Positions 1 through 13,370 of a DNA stretch of 64,000 nt are shown here, in pieces (the stretch's first letter is position 1; the number at the start of each line of letters is the position of its first letter). Where the stretch lies: contig OZ024743.1 of NCBI GenBank assembly GCA_964016885.1, positions 116,312,001 through 116,376,000 on the forward strand, written 5' to 3'. The DNA comes from Eledone cirrhosa. Taxonomy: Eukaryota. A program made the position numbers and the translations under genes. The notes beneath the pieces are model-generated. The model worked only from the letters and a program-made list of their open reading frames with translations. It was not told the origin of the DNA and ran no database searches.

Positions 1-288
1 TGGGAGGGTAAAAGTACAACGTTTCATTTATTTATTAACAGCACAGTTTAAGTCATTTTTATTTTAAACTCATTTGTATAAAAATTTAATGATTACAGAA
101 CGAAAACACAAACAAATATAATGTATACAAAGGAAAGAGAAAGGGGAAAAAAAGAAAGAGAAAAATACACAAGAACGTAATACACACATCTTAGACCACA
201 CACAACAATATGCAGGTGAAAGAATGATAAAACGAGACCCTACCAGAGCAAAAGATAGCAATATAGCGAGGAGCACTGGGAAACCTCT

Positions 289-740
289 CTAAGAATTTTT
301 GAGGCAAGCCAGCACGCTCGCAGCGTTACCTTGGGTAATGGCTAGGCTGGGTTGCTGGAACAACCAAGTGCCCTCACGAGCATCACCAGTTAACTCTATT
401 TGGCGAGCGGCCAGTGAAGATAAGAACCTCGCTGTCAGTAACCCGTCTCCCTCAAACGTCTCGAACGCCACAGGCTGGATAATGTTGTTAGCTGACGGAA
501 CACGGTATTTTAAGATTTTGTTCCGGTCAGCTGCGGATGCTGTAGCTTTCGCCCTTACCGCTGCATCCAGGATATGGGAAGAAACAAAAGAGTCACTAAC
601 TGTGACGTCCCAGATAAGGCACCTGCCTATTGACCAGGAGCACAGAGTAAGACCGTCACGTCTTTTCCCATCAATTCAGGACAACCCAGACGGTTCCAAA
701 ATTGAGGGGATGTTTGCCCGGGACAAAGCTCTTGAGTGGT
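289..740 (-). pseudogene. 3' fragment of CRE-like non-LTR retrotransposon, restriction-like endonuclease domain
   Basis: Minus-strand reading gives ILEPSGL..DGKRRDGLTLCSW..GRCLIWDVTV...KY...QPVAFETF...LFQQPSLAITQGNAASVL, matching the RLE C-terminal pattern (RPDG..WDVT..KY..P...E..QRGNA). Confidence 0.75.
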
Positions 741-925
741 AATAGGACAGTGTGTGTGTGTGTGTGTGTGCACGCACGAGTTTGTTGGTTTTCTTAAATT
801 AGAGTCATGTGTGTGTGTATGTGTGTGTGTGTAACTGTTTTTAAGTTAGAAACATATATGCGTGTATCCCTTTCCTTCCTTTTACACACACATACATTCA
901 CACAAACACAAATACACATTGTGTA

Positions 926-1600
926 ATGGAGAGGTGGACAGAAGTTCCTCAAATTTATATACATGTGAATGGAGTTCTACTGAAGCAGTTAGAGAGGTAC
1001 AAGTATCTTGGAGCTGTGTTCATGAGTGATGGAATGCAGGAGGCTGAATTAAGTGGAAGAATTGCAAAAGCTGATGCAGTAAAGCGCCAGCCTCAGCAAT
1101 CAGATGAAGGGGGTAGGTGTAAACGCCAAACTCGCTGTCTTCCTGGTATTCCTGCCAACTCTTACCGAGGATCATGAATCTTGAGTAATGACCACAAGAA
1201 TACAATTGCAAATAAAAGCGGCAGAAATGGGATCCCTGTGAAGGGTCTTTGGAGTGACGTTACTCGATAAAGTACATAGCTCAGAGACCAGAGAGTCACT
1301 CCTGGTAGAGCCGCTACTTCTCCTAATTGAGTGATCACAACTCCGATATTATGAGCATGAGGTTAGAATGTCTCAGTAAAGAATCGCTGGACACATTTAC
1401 AGGCAAAACCATTCGTCAAGAGACACTGAGGTAGACCCTGGGCAAGATAGTTGAATAACATCCATGAGCTTGGCTGGTCACGCTTTGAGATGCAGCTGGA
1501 TCAGTTAGAGATTTTTGCTTCTGACAGACTGGCTGGAAGGAGTGTTTGAGAAGGTCTCTGCCCCCACGACCCTCTCAGAAATAAATGAGCGAAGAAGAAA
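926..1600 (+). mobile_element. Degenerate RTE-type LINE 3' fragment
   Basis: IHVNGVLLKQLERYKYLGAVFMSDG...ELSGRIAKA is RT C-terminal (YKYLG). Downstream frames give decayed RPxGRP-like thumb/tail sequence. Ends in gaagaagaa. Confidence 0.75.
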
Positions 1601-1709
1601 ATATTGTCAATTTACTTTTCAATTTACATATATATATATTTGCGTATAATACCAATATGCACACTACATATGCTAGCAGAAAACTGCCCGAGGCGGTTTT
1701 TCTGCTAGT
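1600..1709 (+). mobile_element. Short repeat with terminal hairpin and CTAG|T end, probable non-autonomous Helitron 3' end
   Basis: Hairpin ctagcagaaaactgcc-cga-ggcggtttttctgctag at 1673-1708, followed by T. Second copy on the minus strand at about 28096-28220. Confidence 0.5.
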
Positions 1710-1807
1710 GTTTATGATGTAGACGAGGATGATTGTTGCTATAGATTTTAAATGATGATGAATAACGAGGATACATATATTGATCCTCTCATGGATAAGT
1801 GGGTGAC

Positions 1808-1909
1808 GAAGAAGAAGAAGAAGAAGAAGAAGAAGAAGAAGAAGAAGAAGAAGAAGAAGAAGAAGAAGAAGAAGAAGAAGAAGAAGAAGAAGAAGAAGAA
1901 GAAGAAGAA
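1808..1909. repeat. (GAA)n microsatellite
   Basis: Pure gaa run of about 34 units. Confidence 0.98.
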
Positions 1910-2064
1910 TTTTATTTACATTCAGCTAACGATCGAACGCTCAGATGTAGTAATACATTTTTTTAATATTTCATACTGCATGATGTATTATTACTGGAGA
2001 ACGAAAGAGGGGTTAACCATAGCTTGAATTCCTGGCGCTAAACAACATCATATGTTAAATAAAA

Positions 2065-2890
2065 CTACACACACCACCAACACCATCATCACCAGTACTA
2101 TAAAATCAACATAACTATATCCACCAAAACTATATCTATTTGTTACATTCCACTAATATTTACATTATCATAACTACTACTAACACCAATACTAAAATAC
2201 ATCACTATTCTACGTTCTACCCTAAGATTAGTATCACTAACCATCATACCCAAAACCGATATTACGACTATAAACTCCACCGCCAACAACATCAAAATAA
2301 ACATCATACCGCCAACACTAATATCAGCTACATTGCCACCATCATCAACATGACCACCACAAGGAGCACCACAACCAACAACAACACGCTCATCACAACA
2401 ATGAACAACATCGTCACCACTACCAACAACACCACCACCACCACTAGCATGAACAACACCAATACACTGCCACCAACAACATCAACATCAATATGACCAT
2501 CACTACTAACAACAACACCGACACCACTAACATGAAAAACTACACCACAACGCCACAATAAACACCAACGACACGACTGCAGCACCAAACAAACCAACTA
2601 CATCACCAACACGGCCGCCACCACTAAACACTAGCACCAACCCAACACCGCCACCAGCACCGAGTACAACAACACTGCCGCCACCACTACCATCAACAAC
2701 AACAGCATTAAGACTAGAAACACCAACTAACATCAACAACACCAACACTGCCATTGTAATCACCACCACCAGCACCACCACAACCGACAACAACGCTACC
2801 ATTACCGACAACAACGCCACCGTTACCAGCAACCACAAACCGCCACCAACAATAGAACCGCCGCCAAAACCAAGACCATCACTAACAACA
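2065..2890. repeat. Low-complexity (ACC/AAC)-rich tract
   Basis: Degenerate cac/caa trinucleotide sequence. A similar tract lies at about 3400-3920. Confidence 0.85.
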
Positions 2891-2892
2891 GC

Positions 2893-3232
2893 CTATTTCG
2901 ATGCATTCAGAACATAAGCTGGCGACATCTGACTTAGAAAGAACTATTTGACGGCCTCCCACGCATATCCGTCGTTGTACACGTAAAAGGAAAGTAAGAT
3001 TTACTGGCCACTGCCATAGTACCACCTATGAGGTTGTGTCCCCCATTAGTGTTTGGGAAAGCACAAGCAGTTACTAATAACAGGGGGCGCAAGCTCTCCT
3101 ATCCCGATGTCATCTCCAGAGATTCTGATATTGAAATCCAGGATTTGGCAAGCGCAATGAATGACAGACCGACGTGGAGATCAGTTATTGAGACAATTTC
3201 GGCTGAGGCTGCTGGATAATGATGATGATTTT
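2893..3232 (+). mobile_element. RTE-type LINE 3' end
   Basis: FTGHC...RGRKLSYPDVISRD...LASAMNDRPTWR then stop and a (GAT)n tail. Confidence 0.7.
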
Positions 3233-4091
3233 GATTATGAACAACCACAATGGAGTCACATGAGAACACTACGTTATATATGTACTCCTACCATTACTTC
3301 CAGTAAATCCATCACCTCAACAGCACACATTACTAAAACCACCATTCTAGCTACCCTCAATGATACATTTCCGAATTTCAACATCCTAGGGTTATCGATA
3401 CCCCGTTAAAACCAACATACATCTATATCGATACTACTACCACCACCAATCTGTCTAATGGCATACTATCATCACAACCAAAACTATTTAAATAGATACT
3501 TACATTGCTACCTATCTCGCTAAATCGATATAACCATCACGACGAATGAAGCGATATTGATCACGCCATCACTACTAATCGACCTAAATCAATACCTCCA
3601 TCACCACTACTCTACTTCTATCGATACCACTATTGCTACCATTCCATTTCTATCGATACAACTATCACTACCAATCATTAACACCATCACTACCACCATT
3701 ACTACCACCATCACTACCACTTTACCCCTATCATCGATACTTCTATTACTTTACTTCTACATATATCAGAACCACTATCACTACCATTCCACCCAAATCA
3801 ATACCACCATCACTATCGCTCCAACTAAATCGATAACACTATTACTACTGTTCCACCAATATGGAAACCACCATCACTACGAATACTACTCTAATAACAG
3901 CATTCACCAAGACAACCAATAAACTGTGACCAAATGGTCGTCATGCAATAAGACATGATATTTCCAATAAGATTTCCCAATTCTCTTCTACAACATTAAT
4001 TTAATCGAACGGGGATTCTCATTGATATACATCGTAAATGTATTTTGGCACATCTACAGATATTCTTATCATTCCATCCACAACTATTCTT

Positions 4092-4097
<6 letters not shown>

Positions 4098-4134
<37 letters not shown>

Positions 4135-4810
4135 CCCCACACACACTCACTCTTTCATTCTTTCTCTCTCTACGTTCTCTGCAAGACAGTCTATGTCACA
4201 GTCTTTTTCTTCCTCTCTGTCACTCTCTCTCTCTCTCCACCTCTGCGTCACAGTCTCTTTCCTCCTCCTCTAAGCCACACTCTCTCTCGACCTCTGTGTC
4301 ACAGTCGCTTACCTCCTTTGTGTTGCAGATGCTTTCCTCCTCCGGGTAACAGTCTTTCTCATTCTCTGCATCCAAGTCTCTCTCCTTCTATTGCATCACT
4401 CTCTCTCTCTCTCTCTCTCATTCTGTCTATTCCAGTATCTCTATGTCTGTTGTATCACAGTCTCTCTTTCACTCAACGTATCACAGTCTCTCTCATTCAC
4501 TAATTCACAGATATCTTAATTTGTGTATCACCGACTCTCTGAATCTGTTGTTTCTCAGTCTCTCTCATTCAATGCATTGCAGTCTCTCTCATTCTGTCTA
4601 TCACAGTCTCTCTCACTCACTGTATCAGTCGTTCTCCTTCACTCTTACACGGTCTCTCTCATTCTTTGTATTACAGTCTATCATTCTCTGAATCATTTTC
4701 TTTCTCATTTACTGTATTCCTGTTTCTTCCATTCCCTTTTTCACAAACACTCTCATACTTTCAATCACAGTCCCTCTTATTCTGTATTACAGTATCTCAG
4801 TATTACAGTA
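4098..4810. repeat. (CT)n-rich minisatellite-like tract
   Basis: Repeated tcacagtctctctcattc-like units. Confidence 0.8.
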
Positions 4811-4904
4811 TTAAAACACACAAAGGTAACATATAGAAGGCTTTTTTCCAGTGAAAGCAGTACTTTTTACTTTCAATTTATCAGGTATTTTTTAATACAC
4901 CCTG

Positions 4905-5048
4905 CGTTCTGGCATAATTAGTTGTGATCTGAGTTCAAATCCCGCCGAGGTTGACTTTGCCTTTCATCCTTACGGGGTCGATAAAATAAAGTACCAGTAA
5001 TGCACTGGATAATTGCTGGCCTTGTGCCTAAAGTAGAAACAATAATTA
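4905..5048 (+). mobile_element. Octopod-type SINE, 5'-truncated
   Basis: gagttcaaatcc B-box followed by gactttgcctttcatccttacggggtcgataaaataaagtaccag. At least five copies in the window. Confidence 0.85.
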
Positions 5049-5093
5049 GTTGTTATTTTGATAATGTATAGAGAAAGAAGGATGGCAGATAAA

Positions 5094-5149
<56 letters not shown>

Positions 5150-6070
5150 TTTCCGCTTATTTAAAAATCCACCTTATCCGGCATCAACACAACACCTATT
5201 TCTTCATATATATATATATATAGTTAGGAAAGCAGAAAATTGCTTATTGTGATCTAGTTCGTGGTTAAGAAAGCCAGTTTCATGGACAGTTTAACGTACG
5301 GTTAGGGGTAACTCCACAAGTTTGTAAGAATTCCGTTCAATCTTGGAGTATAAAGTATAAAAGAGAAAACACAGGTAAGCATTAAGAGAAGGATTCTATC
5401 CAGGTATTTACGACTGTTTCATTGGTAAGTGCAACCTTATATTGCTATACTGCAAATAGCAGCCACTCAATAATAATTGTTGTTCACGTCCAAATTTTCA
5501 AAATAGTGACTAAGTTACGCTTGAAATAGTTCTTAATATATAGAGAAAAACGTTTTTTGGGAATTGTATTTACTAGTATAGAGAGAGAGGAAGAGGAATT
5601 AGAAAGTGATGGGACAAACGGAATAATATAGAGAGAGAGGAAGGGAGAGAAGTGTTAGGAAGTAGAGTGACAAACTGAGATGGAGTGAGGGCTAGAGGTG
5701 GAAGGATTTGATATGTAGACTTCATTCGGTGATTGAGGTGAGTTAAAGAGAATTAAATTGATCATAGTGGATGGAGAGAGAGAGAGAGAGGGGGGGGGGG
5801 GAGAGATAAAAGATAAATATATATATATATAAAATAAAGATAAAAATAATAATGATAAAAATAAAAGTAAAGAAGGGGGAGGAGAAAGAAGAAAATAAAA
5901 GATAGCCAAAAAGGGGAGGGAAGAAAGGCAGAAAACGAAAAGAAATAGAAGTGGAATGAAGGAGAAGGGAGGGATATAGGTATTGGTTTTTGTGGGTAAT
6001 TAAAGGGGTTAGATACAATAAGAGGGTATAAAGTCTAAGTATATGCAGTTTGTCAGTTGGTAGTAAGAAG

Positions 6071-6460
6071 TTAAGGGTTCGATTTGCACTTGTAGGGCGA
6101 AAACATTTCTTTGAGTCTATGGTTACAATAAATTGATCTTTCGATTTTATTGGTGAGTAACTTATTCTTCGAACTCAAAATGTGGAATAGCTCAAGGTCA
6201 CATAATCGACAGCTTCTCATACAACTCCGATATGGGGGCGCGTTCGATAATTGTTTCCACTTCAGGGTGTATTGATGGTTACTTTCCCTCAGTTGCCAGG
6301 TCTTGTTTGCAAGAGTAGTTACATAACGATGCTGGGAATGTTTCATTGCGTAACGGTGTGTATACCAACGTGCTTTAAATGTATTCCCAGTCGCTCCGAT
6401 GTAATACCATTTCTGGTTATCTGATTCCACTGTGCATTGGTAAACCAGGTTAGACTGCAT
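6071..6460 (-). pseudogene. PLE GIY-YIG endonuclease (inverted arm)
   Basis: LVYQC...YYIGATGNTFKARWYTH...CRLCDLE...CNHR. Confidence 0.9.
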
Positions 6461-6486
6461 ACATTCATTATGTAATGGACAGGATT

Positions 6487-7860
6487 CATGGGGCTAACGA
6501 CTCGGCTCAAGTCACAGATTTAGTAGGGATTTACATAGCCCATAGTTTAGAGAATCTACAGAGACGACGCCCTTCTCCTAGTTAAGAACCTAAATAACCA
6601 GAGCATAGAATGACTCCGTAAGAATATTAGAAAGACTCTCGGGAAACTAGGCCTTTGCATAACGTATGAGTATAGCACTAAAACAGATAACTTTCTAGAC
6701 ACGACGCTTAACCCAAATACGGGAGTTATAAGACCTTTTCACAAGATTAATGAAAACTTAGCATACATCAACTGTAACTCAAACCACCCACAATCCATAA
6801 TTAAATCCATTCCACGCAGCATATCCTTTAGGATCTCCCGCCTCTCGTCTAACCGACAAACCTTCGAGGAACATGCAGAATACTACAATACCGCACTAGA
6901 CAAGGCAGGCCACTTAGATAGAGTAGAATATATAGATAAAAGCCTCCGCAAAGCGCACACGAACACGCATAACACAAACTCCAGAAACCCCCGCACACAC
7001 GCATTTACGCATAGAACTAAAAATTATACGGTAAATAGAAAAAAAACATCGAAATCAAACAAGTCACGCAGTAGAAAATATATTTGGCATAACCCCATAT
7101 TTAACACCTCTATTAGTACTACCCTACCCTCTACCTTCTTTAGAATAATAAATAAACACTTTCCAGATTCACATATATACAGCAAAATCCTTAACAATAA
7201 ATCTATTAGAATATCTTACTGCACGGCACCAAATATAGAGGCATACATTAAGATGATTAACGCTAAAAAGATACATAAGAACACCAGATAACAAATTTAT
7301 AACGATAACAGTACAATCACCATTGAACACAAAAGAATATCTAATACACAACCACCCACTAATAGGCAAAAAAACGTAACACACCTGTACAGGCATCGCA
7401 GCCCACCAATAATGCCAAAGTTTCCCATGACAAGAGTTGTAACTGCCACCTACCTGATACCTGTCCATTACATAATGAATGTATGCAGTCTAACCTGGTT
7501 TACCAATGCACAGTGGAATCTGACAACCAGAAATGGTATTACATCGGAGCGACTGAGAATATATTTAAAGCCCGTTGGTATACACACCGTTACGCAATGA
7601 AACATTCCCAGCATCGTTATGTAATTACCTGGCAAACAAGACCTGGAAACTGAGGGAAAGTAACCATCAATACACCCTGAAGTGGAAAAAATTATCGAAC
7701 GCGCCCCCATATCGGTGTGGTATGAGAAGCTGTCGATTATGTGACCTTGAGCTGTTCCACATTTTGATTTCGAAGAATAAGTTACTCAACAATAAAATCG
7801 AAAGATCAATTTATCGTAACCATAGACTCAAAGAAATGTTTTCGCAAAGCAAACCCTTAA
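6487..7860 (+). pseudogene. PLE RT C-terminal half, linker and GIY-YIG, frameshifted
   Basis: YRDD motif near 6556, WHNPIF...KHFPDSH...ISY linker near 7085-7250, GIY-YIG at 7485-7860. Confidence 0.85.
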
Positions 7861-8092
7861 CCTCTTACTACCAACTGACAAACTGCATATACTTAGACTT
7901 TATACCCTCTTATTGTATCTAACCCCTTTAATTACCCACAAAAACCAATACCTATATCCCTCCCTTCATTCCACTTCTATTTCTTTTCGTTTTATGCCTT
8001 TCTTCCCTCCCCTTTTTGACTATCTTTTCTTTTCTTCTTTCTCACCCACCCCCCTTCTTTACTTTTATTTTTATCATTATTATTTTAATCTT

Positions 8093-8144
<52 letters not shown>

Positions 8145-8406
8145 CTCTTTATCTCTCCCCCTTCTTTCTCTCCATCCCTCCCACTATGATCAATTTAATT
8201 CTCTTTAACTCATCACAATCACCGACATGAAGTCTACATATCAAAACTAATCAAAGAATCCTTCCACCTCTACCCCTCACTCTATCTCAGTTTGTCACTC
8301 TACTTCCTAACTCTTCTCCCCCCTTCCTCTCTATACTAGTAAATACAATTCCCAAAAAATGTTTTTCACTATATATTAAGAACTATTTCAAGAGTAACGT
8401 ACTCAC

Positions 8407-8507
8407 TATTTTGAAAATTTGGACGTGAACAACAATTATCATTGAGTGGCTGCTATTTGCAGTATAGCAATATAAGATTGCACTTACCAATGAAACGGTC
8501 GTAAATA
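8407..8507 (+). ncRNA. Type I hammerhead ribozyme, U3-A8 variant (mirror copy 5405-5505 minus)
   Basis: tatt TTGAAAA tttgg...ccaat GAAAC ggtc GTA aata. Located in the pLTR downstream of the PLE ORF. Confidence 0.65.
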
Positions 8508-8568
8508 CCTGGATAAAATCCTTCTCTTAATGCTTAACTGTGTTTTCACTTTTACACACACACACACG

Positions 8569-8704
<136 letters not shown>

Positions 8705-9103
8705 AACAGAGACAGACACACCGACAGTGAGTGAGAGATAGAGAGGGTGTGTAATTTGGTTACATTCACGTTTTCTTCTGTAGAATACGCAATTTTCGGT
8801 GAGGGAGTTATTGCCAAAGATGGCAGAGCACACACTCCGATGAACGAAGTGTAATATAAAAATGTTGGTTAAATGGAAACGCGAGTAATCGACAGATGAA
8901 AGTGTATGTTCAGCTGAGATCATATCAGAACTACTTCAGTTCTGTTGTCCTCTATCTCAGAAATATTATTCTTCACCAGTAAAATACGTATTTAATACGT
9001 GATAATCTATAAATATATACAACGCTCTCCTTGAATACTGGTCCACCCCTTCTACATCAAGACTACAGTAACATATATATATATATATATAAATAAATAA
9101 ATA

Positions 9104-9147
<44 letters not shown>

Positions 9148-9360
9148 ATGAAATATATGAAATATATGAAATATAATATATATGATTCTTATATTTCATA
9201 TAACTGCTCTGTAAATCATCTGATGTTTTTACATTGAGCTACTTAACTTACTGGTAATAAGGTAGTAATACAATACTGCCTACCACTATTTAGGGTGTGT
9301 GTAAAATACTTACAACTGCTTAAGGTTTTGTATTTACATAACCATAAATAGTATAACTAA

Positions 9361-9404
<44 letters not shown>

Positions 9405-9411
<7 letters not shown>

Positions 9412-9560
9412 TAATTTGGGAGGGTCATATTGCCACTAAGAAACACACGCACCAGTGGTTTTCACTCCGATTTATTATAAATTTAATTTAAAGTGAAAGC
9501 AACTGGTGAAAGCAAATGGTGCGTGTTTTTCGTGACACTCCCAAAGTATAACAATATCGG
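9405..9560. mobile_element. Small fold-back of Naiad-like PLE terminus
   Basis: ttataatttgggagggtcatattgccact..aaacacacgcacca paired with tggtgcgtgttttt..actcccaaagtataac. The same terminal motif occurs at 36845, 40815, 22737 and 56390. Confidence 0.65.
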
Positions 9561-10076
9561 TTTCAACAGACGTTTTCAGATAAAGAATCTTGCTAAACAA
9601 ATTCAGAAAGGATATATCAGAAAAATTTAAGTATTTATATTAGTTGTAATAGAGGAAGAAGAGAGGGGATAGTATATGACAGATGGTAATTCAATTTACT
9701 GCTAAACAAGTATATAAAGGGTTTATAATGAGAATACAATGAATAAATGGTTTATTTTATCTAAATAAGAATTTTGGGGAATGCCTATTTTAATCTATAC
9801 TTGACCAATTGAACAATGGACAAGGCTGGTCATTTGGTGTAGTAGTATTAATTATAAAGTGTCAATTAAGGAAGGGGGAGATTTCGACTGCTACTGAATA
9901 ACATCAATGCTAGTAGCCAGCTGGTATATACATTAGGGAATTGAATTAAGAAATCTCATTTTATCTATAGCAGTTTATATTAAATGGTAAATAATAGAAG
10001 AGTTGATAGAATTAAGACTAATAGAGAATAACTAATATAAATACTTCAATTTTTCTGATTTTTTCCAACTTATCAA

Positions 10077-10197
10077 AATTCTCTGAAGAAGTGACAACTG
10101 ATTATACATTTGCTCTCGAATACTTGCTAACATTATATGATTACGCAAGCAGCGATACATAGGTATTCTGTCTGTTACAGAAACATATGTCAATACC
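10077..10197 (+). ncRNA. Hammerhead-like motif
   Basis: CTGAAGA agtgaca...tgttaca GAAAC atat GTC. Stem I is weak. Confidence 0.55.
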
Positions 10198-10854
10198 TAA
10201 TAAATTCCTTTTTTTTTAAAAAAGCACTTTCATTTTATATTCATCTTTTCTACATTTTCTCCGGAATATAATTTATACTCGTTAAGCAAACCTACACGTA
10301 CGCTGTTCATCTCTAACGTAACGATATATTATCACTACATTATTGATAACCTGAAATGTTTATATATATATATATATATATATATTTTATACAATCAAAG
10401 TTTAGCAAATAAGAAAAAGTTTCAAAATAAATTTTAAAAAATTCACTGTACTCACTATGGTTACCTTTACCGAATCGGTTTCGAGTCTCAAAAATAAATG
10501 GACAGTCCTTGCGGCCTTCCATTGAAAATATAAACTCTCGACACAAGGTTCTTTTCACTCGGAGAATATAAAATTCCCGAGTTCAAATTACGAACTGGCG
10601 CTATTGAAAATTGTTCGCGGGATGAGAATGAATAATGTGGAAGCAATTCTGTCCATTGCCGTGTGTAAAGATAGAAGCAGAGAGGTCAGTCTACTACCAC
10701 TATAAATAACAGCAGTCAGAACGACCAAATGTTATCTTGACCAAGAGGAGAATAATAATAATAAAGTATATATCCCTACACGCAAAAAGCGTCTAGAGAC
10801 ACATGTATTGTCCAACCATATGCAGGATAATAAATTAACGAGCCAGAACATATA

Positions 10855-12131
10855 CAGGGTGAGGCATAATTCCTGTTACAAAGTTTTAAATCAATTTAAA
10901 AATACATTATGTTCCTAATATAACTAATATATTTTTATCAAATCCATGCACTATAACCATATTAACTATTTTTCCATTAACAATTTGCAATGGCCATAGA
11001 ATTGAAAAGAAAGTTCATAATAGAGAAGCATGAAAAAGGCCTGACTCCACCCGAGATATTTAAACTGGGGGAAATTCTTAAGATCAATAGAATGTTGATC
11101 AAAAGGACAATCTATCGATTTAAGGAAACTTCCTCGATCAAAGACAGACCTCGACCCAGACGCCCTCGCACCCCAAGAACAACAAAACTCGTTAAAAGTG
11201 TGAGGGAAAAAATAAGGCGTAATCCAAGAAGGTCCATGATTAAAAATGGCAGAAGAAGCAGAAACATCGCCGAGAACTATGCGGAGGATATGTTGAGATG
11301 ATCTGGGGATGTCACCCTGTAAGTTCCAAAAGAGGCAGCTTCTTTCTGCAGCCACAATTGAAAAGAGGCTCTCCAGAAGTAAACTATTATTGAACTGTAT
11401 CAAGGATGGCACGTTGCAAAACATCATCTTTACAGATGAGAAGTTATTCACTGTGCAGCAGTCTCACAATCATCAAAATGATCGAGTAGTTGCAAAAAGT
11501 CTCAAATCAATTCCTTCAAGTGTAGGAAAAGTGTTCAGAACACAGAAACCAACATCAATGATGATTTGGGCAGCCATTTCTGAAAGAGATAAGTCTCCTC
11601 TGATTTTTGTGCCTCAAGGAGTTAAAATTAACAAAGAACTTTGCATAAAGGATATTTTGGAAGGAGCATATCTGTTTATGGCGATGACATTTGGACTCTC
11701 CAACAAGATGGAGCGACGAGCCACACTGCTTGCATAACACAACAATGGTGTAGAGACCATTGTCCTGCATGTATCAGTAAGGAAGAGTGGCCTCCCACAT
11801 CACCAGATCTCAACCCTCTCGATTTTTCTTTAAGGTCAATTCTTGAGAGTGAAGCCTGCTCTACTCCTAGACAAGATATTGAAACTCTAAAATCAAAACT
11901 GAAAAACGTATGGCAGAAAATACCCATGGAAACTGTTCGTGCAGTCATCGAAGACTTTCCTAGAAGACTTCCAGCGGTGGTGAGAGTTAGAGGAAAGCAT
12001 TTCGAATAAATGTGTGTGCAGTTGTTTAATAGTATATTACTTACTATTTGTTGAAGTCAGATCTTGAAATAAATGTTCTTTTCAAGAACTATTTACATTT
12101 TATTTTGTAACAGTTTTTATGCCTCACCCTG
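10855..12131 (+). mobile_element. Tc1/mariner DNA transposon, DD37D (maT) family
   Basis: TIRs cagggtgaggcataa..ctgttacaaa and tttgtaacag..ttatgcctcaccctg. TA on both sides. Length 1277 bp. Confidence 0.95.
10990..12009 (+). pseudogene. DD37D transposase, frameshifted
   Basis: HTH N-terminus, IIFTDEKLF, QQDGATSH, WPPTSPDLNPLDF. 37 residues lie between the second and third Asp. Split over three ORFs. Confidence 0.92.
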
Positions 12132-12325
12132 TATAATCAAGATTTAGCAAATAAGAAAAAGTTTCAAGATGAATTTTAAAAGATTCACTGTACTCATTAT
12201 GGTTACCTTTACTGAATCGGTTTAGAGTCTCAAAAGTAAATGGACAGTCCTTGTAGCCTTCCATTGATGAATAGCGCCAGTTCGTAATTTGAACTCTGGA
12301 ATTTTATATTCTCTGAGTGAAAAGA

Positions 12326-12401
12326 ACCTTCTGACGAGAGTTTATCTTTTCAGTGGAAGGCCGCATTTATTTTTGAGACTCGAAACCGATTCGGTAAAGG
12401 T
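12326..12401 (+). ncRNA. Type I hammerhead ribozyme, canonical core
   Basis: acctt CTGACGA gagtt...gactc GAAAC cgattcg GTA aaggt. All three stems pair. Confidence 0.85.
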
Positions 12402-12647
12402 AACCATAGTGAGTACAGTGAAATTTAAAAAATTTATTTTGAAACTTTTTCTTATTTGCTAAACCTTGATTATATATGTTCTGGCTCGTTAATTTATTAA
12501 CCTGCCATTGAACGACATTGGCATATGGTTGGACAATACATGTGTCCCTAGACGCTTTTTGCGTGTAGGGATATATACTTTATTATATATATATATATGT
12601 TTATCTATCTATCTCTTTTCCCTCACCCTCTCCCACCCCTCTCTCTA

Positions 12648-12788
<141 letters not shown>

Positions 12789-13308
12789 CTACATATATAT
12801 AATCAACTTGACGTAATTCCGTCGGAAAGGTACAGGAAAAAACAGTGCTCTATGTAGGCTACAGAGCTTATTAGTTATGTAATAAACAACATTAGATAAT
12901 TATTTCTTTTACCAGTCGTTTCTTGAAAGCAGATACTAGATATGTTAAATTATGTATGTTGATTGTATATATATATATATACTGCCAAATCAACTTCCCA
13001 AATGCAAGTCGATTGAAAGGTATGTCATATCTATTTATTTATAAGACTGTTTATATTGTATTTTGTCTGATAAAGGCATAACATATTGTTAATATGATAT
13101 CCCTGAAATATATATAATGAAATAAATATGGTTTTATAAATATAGTTTCCATTTATTTAATATCATAAATATACTCCAAATACTTGTTGAGTGCTTTTAT
13201 ATCAGTTATAAATATTTACTCGTTGTTAACCCAACAATTTAAATATAATTTTCCATATATATATATATATATTTTTTAGCTATATAATAAGCAAAATAAG
13301 ATAATTAT

Positions 13309-13370
13309 TTCATTTACCAGTGGTTTCTTGAAAGCAGATGCTAGATCTGTTTCTGTGTCGTCAGAATGAA
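13309..13370 (-). ncRNA. Type I hammerhead ribozyme within fold-back 13272-13572
   Basis: Reverse complement: ttcatt CTGACGA ... GAAAC cactg GTA aatgaa. Decayed mirror copy at 13482-13533. Confidence 0.65.

Larger units (their letters stand above)
5221..8552. mobile_element. Penelope-like element (Nematis-like), fold-back structure
   Basis: Inverted arms 5361-6484 and 7461-8552. Plus-strand RT remnants (DSAQVTDLVGIY, YRDDAL, NFLDTTL, NSNHPQSIIKSIP) and GIY-YIG on both arms. Flanked by (TA)n/(CA)n. Confidence 0.9.
10391..12586. mobile_element. Non-coding HHR-bearing tandem/fold-back element (about 463-bp monomer), interrupted by Tc1/mariner
   Basis: Unit 10391-10854 restarts at 12132. The inverted copy at about 12270-12586 spans the unit junction. 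Confidence 0.8.

Noticed and set aside
1752-2027. Poly-Lys ORF and the many YIYI/THTH/VCVC/SLSL ORFs
   Set aside because: These are translations of microsatellites.
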